A DNA stretch of 64,000 nucleotides from Hyaloraphidium curvatum SAG 235-1. Its lineage: Eukaryota > Fungi > Monoblepharomycota. Below, one piece after another: positions 28,202 through 42,936 of the stretch. The stretch covers positions 372,001-436,000 of the forward strand of contig JAIVFI010000015.1 in NCBI GenBank assembly GCA_025558095.1. Reading direction: 5' to 3'. Numbering within the stretch: the stretch's first letter is position 1; the number at the start of each line of letters is the position of its first letter. Below the pieces are notes generated by a model. That model was not told the origin of the DNA, did not search any database, and saw nothing but the letters and a program-made list of their open reading frames with translations. Position numbers and translations under genes: made by a program.

Positions 28202-28346
28202 CGTGCTGGGCGTGCCTCCAGCGGCCTCCAGCGAGGGGACTGGTTGTCCGGTGGGGCCGGTGTCGTGCCAACCCCGTCCGCGTGATGGCGCGGCTGGATC
28301 GCCCGAAAATCTGGGGACGAGGACACCGAGGGGACAGCGCGCCACG

Positions 28347-29771
28347 ATGAGATTCCGCTGCAACGCAGTGCAAGCCGTGGCGCTTCTCGCGGCGGCCGTG
28401 ATATTCGCGCTGCGGGGCCGTTCTCCGCCGGCGCCCCCGCCGCCCCCGCCCTGGGCGAACCTCACCGGCCTTCTCGCACACACGTCGTGGGACGAGCGCA
28501 TCGAGCGCTTCGATCGCTTCGCGGGCGTGTGCCTCGACGTGCCCGACACGCTCGAGGTGTTCAACCCCGAGGCAGCCTTCTTCGCAGCACCGGGGGCCGG
28601 CCCCGCCGCCGAGGCAGCGCTCGGCGACGCGCTGGGCGGCCCGATCCTGCTGCTGCCCGTCGTCGCCGCCTCGCACCCGAACGTGTCGGGCAGGCCGCGC
28701 GTGCACTACCCCGGCAGGACCTTTTTGCCAAACTGCCTGTGGTCGACGTGGCCGGTGGCGGGCCACATCCTGTTCGGCGCCTCCATCGCCATGGAGCTCG
28801 GCGCGCGCAAGCCGAACGTGCCCACGTTCGACAGGGTGTCGATGGTGTGGTGCCCCTTCTGGAAGCGCTGGGAGGGCCAGTTCTACTGGGAGTTCGGCCG
28901 CCGCGTCACGGAGATTGCCTTTTCGCGCTGGCCCGCCGTCGGCCTGCTGCCCGACGCGTCGGACGAGCGCTTCCCCATCATGCGCGGCGTCTCGTGCTTC
29001 GACGAGCTGTACGTCGCCGTGCGGCGCCAGGGCATCCTCATGAACCACGCCGACGCCGACACCTTCCTCGAGTACCTCGCCGAGGTCGAGCCAAAGAGCA
29101 AGCACCTGCTCCTGCCCGACCCCGAGGGCCAGGAACGGCGCAAAAAGCAGCTGTGCGCGTCGCGGAAGCTCAACATCGCCGTCTTCCAGCGCTCGCAGAA
29201 CTACAAGACCCGGCGGTTCGTCAACCTGCCGCAGGTCGTGCGCGCGGTGCAGAACTTCACCTCCGTGCCCGTGCGCGTGCTGGACGTGAACCACACGATA
29301 CCCCTCGCCGAGCAGATCGGCTTCTTCAACTCGTTCGACGTCCTGGTGACCCCGGTCGGCAGCCACATGTCCGCCATGATTTACATCGGCGGCCGCAAGG
29401 ACAAGGCGGTCCTCGAGGTTGGCTCGAGCGTGCGGGATACGTTCTGGAAGGAGAATGCGGAGCGGCTGGGCTTCAACTCTTATGCCATCAGCACGGGGCA
29501 CACGCCGGCGTCGGAGAAGCTGGCCGCCGGCATGGAGGGGACCTGCATGGCGGGGCACGTCGGGGACAACCCGGGGCAGGCAAAGTTCTGCGAAAAGCAC
29601 TGCGAGATCACGGATGACGACATGACCGTCGACATCCCGCTGCTGAAGGAGCACCTGGCGTGGACGATCGAGAGGCTGTGCGAGGACACGCTGGAGGAGA
29701 GGCGCCGGAAGCAGGCCGCGCGGAACGAGCCGCAGGGCTGCGCGGCGCATCCGGCAATGTGCGGGTGCTAG
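28347..29771 (+). CDS. Intronless secreted or membrane glycosyltransferase, GT61/DUF563-like
   Basis: N-terminal hydrophobic segment; RRFVNLPQV and PLAEQIGFFNSFDVLVTPVGSHMSAMIY resemble the GT61 C-terminal motif. Strong G/C third-position bias in this frame. Confidence 0.6.
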   Translation: MRFRCNAVQAVALLAAAVIFALRGRSPPAPPPPPPWANLTGLLAHTSWDERIERFDRFAGVCLDVPDTLEVFNPEAAFFAAPGAGPAAEAALGDALGGPILLLPVVAASHPNVSGRPRVHYPGRTFLPNCLWSTWPVAGHILFGASIAMELGARKPNVPTFDRVSMVWCPFWKRWEGQFYWEFGRRVTEIAFSRWPAVGLLPDASDERFPIMRGVSCFDELYVAVRRQGILMNHADADTFLEYLAEVEPKSKHLLLPDPEGQERRKKQLCASRKLNIAVFQRSQNYKTRRFVNLPQVVRAVQNFTSVPVRVLDVNHTIPLAEQIGFFNSFDVLVTPVGSHMSAMIYIGGRKDKAVLEVGSSVRDTFWKENAERLGFNSYAISTGHTPASEKLAAGMEGTCMAGHVGDNPGQAKFCEKHCEITDDDMTVDIPLLKEHLAWTIERLCEDTLEERRRKQAARNEPQGCAAHPAMCGC

Positions 29772-29915
29772 AATATTAGGGCGGTGTAACCACATGGCAT
29801 GGATGAGAGGAGGGTGGTGATGCGATGCATGCCAGATGTCTTTTGCGTCTTTCGTCTGATCAGACCCGGGCGGGTGCGTGCAACCCCGTCGTCCCCCACG
29901 GCCCCCCTAGGCTCG

Positions 29916-31311
29916 ATGGGCCAGACGCTGTCGGCGGAGCAGGCGTCGCTGCCGTTTGCGTTTGCGGCTGCGGCGGCCGATGCGCGGGCGGCGCCGGTGC
30001 ACCCGCCCGATGCCGCAGCGCCGAGCCGCGCCGGCGACGGCCCGCCCGGCCCGGCCGACGCCGACCCGCCCGCGCCGCCGGCCGACGCGGACGACGCCGA
30101 TGGCGCGGCCGCGCCCGACGACGAGGCGCTGCGCGCCATCCGCTTCGGCCAGCTCACGTCGCTCGTCACCATCGGCCTGTGCTCGCAGGGCCTGGTGCGG
30201 CTCGCGCCGAACGTCGGCCTCCTCTACGCCACCACGACGCTGCAGCTGTGGGTGGAAGCTGCCCGGCACGCCGCCGGCCGCTGACCCGTCTCCCAGGTGC
30301 TGCAACAACCTGACCTCCATCCCCTCGGAAATCGGCCATCTGCAGAACCTGCAGATCCTGTCCGTCGCCCGCAACAGGCTGACGGAGCTCCCGGACACCA
30401 TCGGCTACCTGGCGAAGCTCGTGGAGCTCCGCGCGGCTGATAACTGCCTGCGCTCGCTGCCGCCGTCCATCGGGATGCTGAAGAAGCTGACGACGCTGTC
30501 GGCGGAGAACAACGAGCTTGCGTCGCTCCCCATGGAAATCGGGGGCGTCACGGCGCTCGTCAACCTGGACTTGTCGGGCAACCCGATCCGGACGCTGCCG
30601 GCGGAAATCGGCCGCCTAAAGTTCCTGCGCAAGCTGCGCCTGGAAGAGTGCCCGCTCCTGACGGAGTTCGAGTACCCGCCGACAAACCCCTGCCCCAGCC
30701 TGAAGGAACTTTCCGCGCGCGTCATTGTGCGCAACCAGCTGCCGATCCTCCAGGACACGCAGGAGGAACTCAAGGCCTACTTGGCATCCGCTCAGAGCTG
30801 CAGCTTCTGCGGGGGTCCCTACTTCGAATCGTGCGTGAAGCGCTACCGGCAAGCAGAGAAGAACGAATTCCGGTTTTGCGTTGAGTATTCGCTCTGCGTC
30901 GCGCATTGGACGACGGAGCAGGAAAGGTGGGCACTCGGTTTCGGCATCGTTTGGCGGACCTGCGCTAACTGCTGCACATCGCGTGACAGAATATCTGCCC
31001 TCTTTTGTCCGCCGCCGGAAACGGCGCCCTCTCCCATCGCCTCCTCTCCGAGCACGACGCCGCCGAGCTCCCCTCTGTTTGGGCGGAGACGGCGGACGTC
31101 GCAGTCTGCCTCGGGCATGTCCCGTTCGAACTCTGTTACTTTGCCGCTTTCTTCGGCCATTTCCAAGAGCCCCTCGCTGCCGGACCTTCCACCCGTCGAG
31201 GCCGGCACGGCTCCTAGGAACCAGAGCGTGCTCGCTCGTTCGCGGTCGATATCATCGCTGCTGAGCCCGACACGCAGCATTTTGCGGTCGACTTCTTTCT
31301 CGCGTGGTTGA
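29916..31311 (+). CDS. Leucine-rich repeat protein, LRRC58-like (LRRs, BC/SOCS-box-like motif, Cys-rich tail)
   Basis: MGQTLS start (myristoylation-like); LRR units such as NNLTSIPSEIGHLQNLQIL; PSLKELSARVIVR..YLASAQSCSFCGGPYF. Confidence 0.75.
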
Positions 31312-31350
31312 TATTGGATGGGAACGTGCCTACTTGACAACGTGGAAGTG

Positions 31351-31983
31351 CTAGGAAGTCATGTACTTTAAGCGTCTGCTGTTTGCCACGAGAAGCTCCT
31401 TCTCCTTCTGCTCGATCCGCTGCGCCAGGCTCTGGTTCAGGAGCTTCAGTTGCTCATACTCGATGAGGTTCACGCCCGCTATTGGCGCGACCCGTCAGCA
31501 TTCAGGCGTGGACCAGGGGTGCAACTCCCTCCCACCAGAGAGCTCCTCCTTCTGCCTCAGCAGCCGCTCCTGGCGCTTGGATGCACTGGAGAGGCGCATA
31601 AATTCGAGGCGAGCCGAGCGAATTGCTTCCATTTTGCCGCTCAGAGTCGACCATGTCGCCGAAACCTCCCCGGCCGCGATGGGAGGGGAGGCCCTCGTGG
31701 CGACGTCGGTTCGGAGTCCCTGCAGCTCTGCTTTCAAGCCCGCTGCGCGCTCCTCCAGTGCCACTAGGTCCGACAGCTGCCGCATCCGCGCCTGGTGCTC
31801 GCTGGCCGCCGCTGCCCGGCCCAGCTTTGCACGCTGGAGCACGGAGAGCGACTCTAGGAGTCTTTCGGACGCATCCGCCTCCGCGATCGAGTCCTCGCCC
31901 TCCGAGAAATGATCGAGCTTGGATTGAAGCTCGCGGAGGTGGCGCGCGCACATCTCGGAGAGCTCGTCTTCGGCCGAACGCAT
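31351..31983 (-). CDS. Short coiled-coil protein, CCDC96/CFAP184-like (DUF4201), apparently C-terminally shortened
   Basis: Intron 31479-31535 joins LLRQKEELS to AGVNLIEYEQLKLLNQSLAQRIEQKEKELL, which resembles the recalled CCDC96 motif LIDFEQLKIENQ..EKIEERNEEL. Stop at 31351-31353. Confidence 0.55.
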
Positions 31984-32047
31984 GGGGTGGCCGGCGGAGA
32001 TTCAGAGAGCAATAAAGGTCATTGCCGCATGGCAGGCAACACCCACC

Positions 32048-33271
32048 ATGGAATCCAGCGGCGCACCACGCGTCGCAACCATGTTCTCGACCCTCATTAG
32101 CCCAGACTTTGATGCCGTGGTGTTCGAGCTCGGTGAGCGCGACGCATGCGGGCCGTTGTCACGAGCTGACGCGTCTCCGCGGTCAGGCTCGTTCTACCTC
32201 CGGGGCGGCCTATCGGACGAAGCCCACCCCAGATTCGTGGTTCCATGGACGACGCGAGGACTGGAAATGGGCGGAGACTCGGATTCCGGAGCTGGTGTCG
32301 AGTTGCGCGTCTGGCCTCTTTACGGCGGGAAGGACAGCTTTCCGGACGATCTGGCGCGGGATCGGCTCCGCGAGTCTTTGCATTCCGCATACGATAGGTG
32401 GGCATGTCCGCTTTCGGCGGGGGATGATCGTTTCTGAAGCTCGGAACAGGCACCTGTTGGCGGATTCGGGCAAGAGGAAGGTGCTTGTGGTCGTCAACGG
32501 GGCCAAGGTTCCTGCGGCACTGGAGTTCCTAGTGCAGGACGTCCTGGCAAAGGAGCTACGGGTACCTCTGGTCAGGTTTGTGGACGCCAACGCCGCGGCA
32601 ACGCTTGCGCACGGCCGGACGCACGGCCTTGTCGTCGACATTGGCTTCTGGGAGACGACGGTCACCCCTGTAAGCGTTTCACCCTCGAGGGAGCGACCAA
32701 CGCCCACCGTGGTCCCTTGCTTCCAGGTGTTCGATTACACTCCTCTCCTGCCGCTGGCGAAATCAGTCCCCTTGGGGGGAAACGCCATCAACCAGGAGCT
32801 GCTTCACCTGCGCGGTGCCGCGGGCCATCGGCTTGCCCTTGACGACACGAAGTTCGAATTGATCGTACCCGCCGATGACACGGATGGACGCGTCCGTGCC
32901 GCAGATCGGGCAACGGAGATCCTCTTTGCCGGGGACGAAGACGGGACGAGTGTGGCGGACTGCATCCTCTCTTCGTTGGCACAGGTGAGCAGATCCGCGG
33001 CGGGGCTCTATGGGACTCAAGTAACCCTGCACAGTGTCCCCTCGACATCCGGAAACCGCTGGCGGGCAGCATTGTCCTCACAGGCGGTGTGTCCATGCTG
33101 CCGGGCCTCGCGGGGAGGCTCTTCTCCGAGCTGCGCGGCGCGCTCAAGAGCGACGCGCGCTACACGAAGATCCGGCATCTGGCACCGTCACTGCGCATCT
33201 CGACATCATCCTTCCCGGCCAGCAGCGTTTGCTGGGCTGGCGGCTCGCTGTACGCGGCGACCGTGAAGTAA
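32048..33271 (+). CDS. ARP10: Actin-related protein 10 (dynactin Arp10/Arp11)
   Basis: AVVFELGS..RGGLSDEAHPRF, GLVVDIGFWETTVTPVFDY, IVLTGGVSMLPGL, WAGGSL. Confidence 0.8.
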
Positions 33272-33284
33272 ACCAGGGTCGCCT

Positions 33285-33992
33285 TCACTCCGTCTTGTGC
33301 GATCCATAGTAGGACTGGAGCATGTCCACCAGCTTCCGTCCCCTCTTTCGTGCGACCGCTTCCGGCTTCTGCTGCAGCGCAAAGGCCTCGAAAGTGCCCT
33401 TGACCACGTTCATGGGGTTCATACTCCCGATCACCTTCGCTGATATGTCCTGGATGCCGGCGCACCGGCAGATCTCGTGGATGGTCTGGTTCGCGGATAT
33501 ACCATAGCCTGGAGTGGAGTTAGGGCCCGTCCGTCGCGGAGGCGCGGCGACTTTCCCACCTGGAGGCGCGGGCCGTAGCGTGATCTCCGAGCTGACGAAC
33601 TTGTGGGTAACGGTGCCGTAGATCGTCCGATTATCGTAGCGGTTGATTGCGACCATGTCGCGCGCGGCTCGCCGGGTCGCCTTCTGCACCGCGCTGCCGA
33701 GATCCGAGGATTTCCCTTCGCCGTATCCGGCTGCCCCGTTGCCGTTCCCCACGACGACCAGCGCGTACATCGACCGCACTTTGCCCGCCCGGGACATGCG
33801 CACCGTCCTCCGTACGTGGAGTACGCGTTCGATGAGTTCCGCCTCGCCCTTCCCGTCGGACGCGTTCTTGGCGTCATCCGCCGCCGCCGCGGCGGCCATC
33901 GGCCTGCGCTGCATCGTGGCAGCAAATGGAATCCAGGATCGAGGCGCTCCTGCGCCCGCGCACAGCGGTCGGAGCGATGCGACGGCGAGCAT
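33285..33992 (-). CDS. MRPS5: Mitochondrial ribosomal protein uS5m
   Basis: Presequence-like N-terminus; ALVVVGNGNGAAGYGEGK, RYDNRTIY, EICRCAGIQDISAKVIGSMNPMNVVK. Confidence 0.92.
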   Translation of the reverse strand: MLAVASLRPLCAGAGAPRSWIPFAATMQRRPMAAAAAADDAKNASDGKGEAELIERVLHVRRTVRMSRAGKVRSMYALVVVGNGNGAAGYGEGKSSDLGSAVQKATRRAARDMVAINRYDNRTIYGTVTHKFVSSEITLRPAPPGGKVAAPPRRTGPNSTPGYGISANQTIHEICRCAGIQDISAKVIGSMNPMNVVKGTFEAFALQQKPEAVARKRGRKLVDMLQSYYGSHKTE

Positions 33993-34058
33993 TTTCGTGT
34001 TTTGTGGTGCGTCGTCGACGCCGTCGCGGTGCCCCCTTGCGGCCCCTCTCCCGCGTCA

Positions 34059-35516
34059 TCACTGGATCGAAGCTATCGTCACATCCCTGCCCCACTGCAA
34101 CAGATCGCCGCCGACGAAAGCAAAGTGGATGTTGATGTACGTGAGCGAGCTCCGCAATACGAGGGCGTCGGGATCGGCGGTGGAAGCGAGAGAGCTCGCC
34201 ACCGTGGACACGAGCTGCCGGCGGATGCGGTCGAACACGGAACCAGATCCCGTCCCCTTCGTGGGCAGTCCGCTTTCTTTCCCCTTCGGTCGTGCGTTGC
34301 CGTCCTCGACCGCAACCTTGAATGGGAACCGATCAGGGCTGATTGCCGGGATGCCAATGCCATAATCTCACTTCGCACTGGCCTTTTCCGCGAGGTCCAC
34401 GCATGATGATGTACTCTTTCCGATCCGCCTCGTCGCCCTTGCCAAACAGCGCAAGCTGCGCTTTGCCGAGCGCGTTTCCCGACAGCTTTTCGAGGAACAC
34501 CTGCGAAAGCGCCGTGAAGCTTGCGGCACCCTGGAAAAACACGATCTTTGTGCCCCAAGGTGGACACGGGAACGGGGTGTACAGGTCGGGTGATAAGCCC
34601 GAGGCGTCCTCCGCAAGATCGTAAAACGAGTCCTCGTCGACGGCGGTCGCGCCAATCGTCGCGTCCTTCGGCAGAATCGCCGCAAGCTCCACGCAGAGCC
34701 ACTCGTTCTGCTGAATGTCCAAGTGCAGATTCGCGTCCTCGAAGTTGTTTACGGCGTAATAGACCAACGGAAACGACGGCTCGTGGCCCGTGTCTTTGAC
34801 TGAAGGAGGCGGCGGTCATCATCGGAGAGGGTTAAAGGATCAGGAGCACACTCACGCTGCATATTCGACTTGAAAGGGGTCGCAAATACCTGAGATGACG
34901 GTGAGTGGGGTACGGGAAACCTCGGATCGCTCACCTTCCGACTATTCCGCCGGATAGCTCTCATCACCGTCTTCTTCCGGTTCGTTGCGTCCGAGCCTCC
35001 AGTCCTCTGTTCCGTGTCGAGGCTCGGGCGATCCCCCGAAGCGTCCTGGCTCACGCTCTGCCGTTGGCATACCGTGACGGTGAGCCGGCACGGCAGGTGG
35101 ACCACGAGGTTGAGCCAAAAGGTCCCCTTCCAGTCCACGACGTCCTCCAGCTTGGGCATCGTTGAGCCGACGCGCCGCCTCACAAAAACGCTGCTGTCGT
35201 CGTACTGGGCCTGGCGAACGAAGAAGAGCAGATCGTCCTCGTCGACGGAGTCCCCGCCTTTGAGGAAGAACTCTTGGAACAGGTCGAACCACCGAGGATC
35301 CCGGGCGTCCATCTCCTCTGATTCGCACTTTCAGCCAGTGCCTTCCCGTGGCCGCCGGAGTTGCCCACCGGAAGGCCCGACCATGACCCACGGACTCTCC
35401 ACATTGTCGCGCCGCTCGTCCGCTTTCGACGCGTCAAACGGAGATATGGGAGGCTGGAGGTTCTGCTCTATCAGCTGGCTCACGACCCGCCGAACAAAGT
35501 CGAGCTTCGCCGCCAT
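34059..35516 (-). CDS. KIAA0930/DUF2045 family protein
   Basis: WFDLFQEFFL..DDLLFFVR, VDWKGTFWLNL, PLVYYAVNNFE, LCVEL, VFFQGA, MRGPRGKGQCEV. Confidence 0.75.
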
Positions 35517-35578
35517 TGCGGTGCTTCTTGGCGATCATCTGATCGAATTGCAGCCGCGGGGACAATCGTCCCTCGAAG

Positions 35579-38500
35579 ATGCTCGAAGACGACGGCCGCC
35601 TGCGGCCGAGGGAGATTGCGCCAATCGTGCTCAAGTCGCTCTATGGGGAGAGGATCGTAACCCTGTTGTCTTTGGTGGAGCCGGGCGGCGATGGTTCCTT
35701 GTCGCCCCCGGCATCCCTCGCGGGGGTCGCTCCCCCGGACGCGGCCTCTTTCGCCGACTTCCTCGCCGGAACTCTCGTTGCTCTTCCGTCCGACGTCCTT
35801 CCGCCGCGAATCGAACCGAATCTGCCAATGCTGCAGCAGCAGATGCAGAGCGAGGTGGCGATTGGAAGCCCACCACTGCAAGGCAAAGCCATCGCGCTCA
35901 TGGCGCCGTCCGCAGGTCGTTCACCGTGCGATCGAGCTACTGCTCCTTGCAAATCCGATGCGGCCGAACGTACTGGCTCACGGATACCGCCGGTGCAAGG
36001 AACACGGATCCCTGGTTCGCACCGGCACCGGCGCGATCGAGAACATCTATCCCAACACGCTGGTCAACCATGCACAGACCGCGTCCTGGAGCATCCTCCT
36101 CGCTCGGTGAGAACAGAGTGCTCTGATGGCTTTCATCGATTGCCTGACCGTGGCCCAGAACGGGGCAAGATTTCATGTTGTTCTTGCTTACCGAGTGCGA
36201 CATCTTTGTCTCGCTCCCCAACCGATGCTTCTTCCAGCTCGCAGGTAAGATTCGACACCAGTAACGCATATGTCTCGCCCAGCTTTGATTCGCGATAGGG
36301 TACCCCGCGACGGAGCGGCTTTCAAACCTTCGGCCGGCTCCTGTTGAAGGACTCACGTGGCTTCACGATCGTGACTCTGCCGGAAACCGCCCCCGGAAAC
36401 GAACCCTCAATAACGTTGTCCGCGATGTGCCCAGCAAGCGGCGGAAGCACCGGCGCTCTCCTTTGTCTCCGCTGGTCGTAGATCAGCCACACACGACGGC
36501 CACGGAGGATATCCCGCCGCAGCTTCCAAAATCTCTTCCACAGTTTTGCCGGTGCGTTGACGAAACACTCTGTTCCTGACGATCTCTGAATTCAGGAACA
36601 GCAAGCCGTCTGCCCTTTTGTTCGGCCGATCGACCATGTTGTATGCGCGAGCGGCCCAAGGGCACAAGGGACGGACGTGGCTAGGACTGCCCCGCCACCG
36701 TGAGAAATTGGTCTTGGCGCGTTTCGGCCTTCGATCACTAACAAATCGTCCGGTTCCAGACTTGCTGAGCAAATCCGTGCCGGGAGCCCAGTCCGGTCTC
36801 GCCGCAATCGCCCGCGTTTTCCCGAGACTATTTGGGCTAGACAATGTGTTTACAAGTCAACGGCTTGATCCGAAGATGGCGAACTGCGCCGCATGGGGTT
36901 TCTCCGAAAGCAAGTCTGCTTTTGGCGAGGCTCCCTCGGCACGGCGAGCTCTCAAGCGATTGAGATCGTTTCTTCCTTTGTGGGAACGAGTGCTCCGGAA
37001 CCACCAGCGAACCAATTACAGCGCTTTGTTGGATCGGCATTGCACATCTCCGCGCAGCGGAAAGGACGACCAACGGGTTCTCGATGAGGCTTTACCTGTC
37101 GGCAGGGTCGTTGCGTTTATCCGGGCCGCTTCGAAGCGGGTGTTTCCTAGTGCCGTGTGGGGCGGTGCGGAGAATGAAAAGCGCGTGCTTTCCGGTGAAG
37201 TCTGCTATCCGCCGGGCTCAGGTGTGCCCAGCTCACAGTCGCAGCCATCGACCGCTTCATTCGGCTCGGACGAAATGAAGACCTTTCCTTGCACGACTTC
37301 TGCCAGGGAATTAAGGTGTTGCCGCCGAGTTTCTGCGGCATTGCAATGCTAATGGGCCCTTCAGATCAAGAGCATCGCGTGGATGTTCGGGAACGAATGC
37401 GTCACATCGGTTTCGCGCACCACCCACCTCTCCAACCACGATCTTCTCTCCGAAATTCTGTGGTGGTTTGTTCAGGGGTTCCTAATTCCGTTGGTCAGGG
37501 TACGTTTGGCGGACATGCATTGTATGACCTGTTCATGGCATTGTCATTTTCAGACGTGTTTTTACGTCACCGAGTCATCCGGCAACAAGAACCGGCTATT
37601 CTATTTCCGCCAAGACCGATGGCAGAAACTGGTTGCCCAGAACATGCCAGCCATTCGCAGCACTTTTGTTCGAGTGAACCATGTAAAGCGGTGCACGGGC
37701 AACTTCGGTCTTATTGCTCACCTTTCCGACAGACCCAAGTGCTGAGAACCGTTGCCGATCGCCCATTTGCATTTTCGTACGTTCGATTGCTGCCGAAGGA
37801 AGCGGGCATGAGGCCGATCGTCAACTTGAGGCGGCGATTCTCGACCGAGGTAGGCCGCAAGACTCGTGAAGGATTAGCTTCGTTGACTTGCTGTCACCAG
37901 GAAATCGTCTCGGCGTTTCGAAAGAAAAAGGACAAGGTTCCTAAGGAGGCGCTGGGGGATCTGCAGTCGAAGCTTCCCGAGTCGGGAAGCGCGATCAACA
38001 CCGTTTTGAACCCCGCTTTCCAGGTCCTTACCTTCGAAAAGGTTCGAGAGGTAGCCTCCCTTTGGCGCAACTGACACACTGGCCGATTCCCTAGAACCGT
38101 TCCATGGACTCTTGTGCCGGAGCAGTTCTGGGGCTTACTGACATCTACGTCCGGCTCAAGGACTTTAGATGTCGCATCGCAGACAATCAAGGCCAGCTGC
38201 CTCGTCTCTACTTTGCCAAGGTCGACGTCACACAGGCTTTCGACACCATCGATCAGGCGCTCTTGATGGATGTTTTGCGGGGCATGCTCCTCGAGGTGGG
38301 CGGCTTCGCCGTTTGCAGGGTTCAAGCCTTCTCAGGCACGGATCCGGTAGGACGAATACGTCGTGAACAAGTTTGGAGTCTTGTTCCCCTCCTCCGGTTG
38401 CATCCGGAAATCGTTCGAGCGAAAGGCTCGATCCGCCGGTACGTGTCTTGGGCATCCGTTGAGACTCTGGAACTTATTGTGCCGCGCAGATGGCTTCCTT

Positions 38501-40040
38501 CAGTTTTCGGAGCTGGCAGCGCATATGGCACAGCTAATGCGAAACGCTGTGTTTGTTGATCAGGTTGGACCATGCGATGTTCCCTGTCGAACCTTATTCA
38601 ACGTGGTGATTGTCAGGTCGGATGCCTGTTCAAGGACAGAGACGATATCCTCTACCTCATCGAGGAACACATTCTCAACAACTTGGTAAAGGTCGGCAAC
38701 AAGTTCTATCGGCAGGCATCCGGGATCCCGCAGGGCTCGGTCTTGTCAACGTTGCTCTGCAAGTGCGTTGGGCCAAAATGCGATTGGCGCTGGCCTAACA
38801 CCCGACCAGCTTCTTCTACGCCGATCTCGTGCGGAACGAGCTTTCGTTTACCTCCAAAGACGACGGGGTCGGTCCGCTTTCCGCGCCTTTGTCGCTGTTG
38901 TTCACCGGCCTTCCTAGCTCTTGATGCGGTTCGTGGATGACTTTCTCTACATCACCACACAAAGACAAAGCGCCGAGTTGTTTGTGAAGACGATGCATGG
39001 AGGTCCGTGGGTGCGGAGACTGGGTTGGGGCCGAAACATGACGCAGGTTCCAGGTTTTCCGCGATACGGCTGTCGCATCAATGCTTCCAAGACTCTGGTC
39101 AACTTTGACTTCGCGATCAATGGAGCAAGCATTCCTCGAATGTCGCCGCTTGCTAGCACGACGTCTTCGGAGCGTGAGCGACTTCGTCAGTCGACTGTCG
39201 GCGTCCCTCTGACGCACGCAGCAGTCGAGTTTCCGTGGTGCGGTCACCGCATCGGGACCTCTAGCCTTAACGTGCACGCTGACTACGCCCGGTACTTTGG
39301 AAACGGTGCGCACTAATGCAGCTCCCCGTGCGGTCAGCTAAACGTCTGTTCGAAGATCTTTCCGCAACCGTGACGCAGGAGACGGCTAAGCGAGGCGGCT
39401 CGAGCATCCTAACCAAGCTCATGCAGTGCGGCTTCTTACCGACCATGCGGTACCGCTGCTTACAACTCGCAATCCAATCTCAGGTTCCTCAAGCCCCGCA
39501 TCCATGCCCTGTATCTGGACTGCAGCCTGAACTCGCGTGTGTCGGTTCGACGCAACCTCAGCGAGAACTTCTCGATCTGCGCGATGAAGCTCCATGCATA
39601 CCTGCGCAAGCTTCCTCCTCTTCACCCCGGTTACCTTTACCGTGCGCGCGACGTGCTGTTGCTCGCGTGGGCACTCTCTTGATTGATCTCGTTCACCCGC
39701 CAGGCGCCATCGATTCTGCCATCAAGTTCGCCGGCATACTCGCCAAAACCAGGACACGCAACGCGGCCGCTACCTCACGCAGCTGTACTTTCGAACTGCA
39801 GTCGCAGGACGTCGAGTGGTAAGTGTTAGAAGCCCCGCGGCTTCGCGATCTCCTGCTGATCACCAGTCCAGGCTTGGATGGCGGGCTTTTTCAACGGTGC
39901 TGCAGCGCAAGCAAACGCGCCACGCGGATCTGCTCCAGATGATGTCGGAGAAGGAAGGAGATTTGCTCAGAACGGTCTCGGCGGAGACCCAGGCTCAGGA
40001 TCGGGACCTGGACGACGTCGCTAGGCGCATATTGTATTGA
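35579..40040 (+). CDS. TERT: Telomerase reverse transcriptase, multi-exon
   Basis: TEN motifs NVLAHGY, YPNTLV and FFQLAG; T motif FYVTESSGNKNRLFYFR; RLLPK..MRPIVNL; motif A YFAKVDVTQAFDTI; B' GIPQGSVLSTLLC; C LMRFVDDFLYIT; D YGCRINASKT; E FPWCG. Confidence 0.96.
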
Positions 40041-40241
40041 GTCGGCGATTGTTTGTGCTTAGCTATATAGTGGTTCTCAGAAAACCAGCGCTTTTCCTTT
40101 CCTTGTGCAACCCCCGGGCGACTGTCCGGCGGCCTCTCCTGCGTGCTTCTGCCGGTCTTTTTGCTCGGCGTTTGTCGCGCAGCGCCTGTCTTTGCCGCCT
40201 TTCTGTGCGCCCCTGCGTTGCGGACTGCCTGAGGACCTGCG

Positions 40242-42689
<2,448 letters not shown>

Positions 42690-42936
42690 GCTCGTGGCTC
42701 TGCTTGCCGCACCGCGCCGTTCTCCGCACGCCTCCGCCCGATCATCACTTCGACTCTGTTGCATGTGGCCACGATTACCCATAGAAGGCCGACGTCCATG
42801 TTGTAAGGGCGATGAAATACACTTTCATTGTAATTCCTTGTGGCTGTCAATCGGTAGGGGCCTTTTGAGGAGAGTGCTGGGTACAAGTGCCCGCCACGTA
42901 CAACGCCCCGCGAACAACCTCCCCCCGCCCACCACG

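Noticed and set aside
27939-29795. 618-aa antisense ORF and many other long overlapping ORFs (e.g. 6054-7688, 26408-28285, 4966-5880)
   Set aside because: Shadow ORFs expected in high-GC coding DNA. They have no motifs, and the opposite strand carries the recognisable gene.
35579-40040. TERT as a mobile-element RT or a marker of a nearby telomere
   Set aside because: It has TEN and T motifs and host-type introns, and there are no telomeric repeat arrays in the window.
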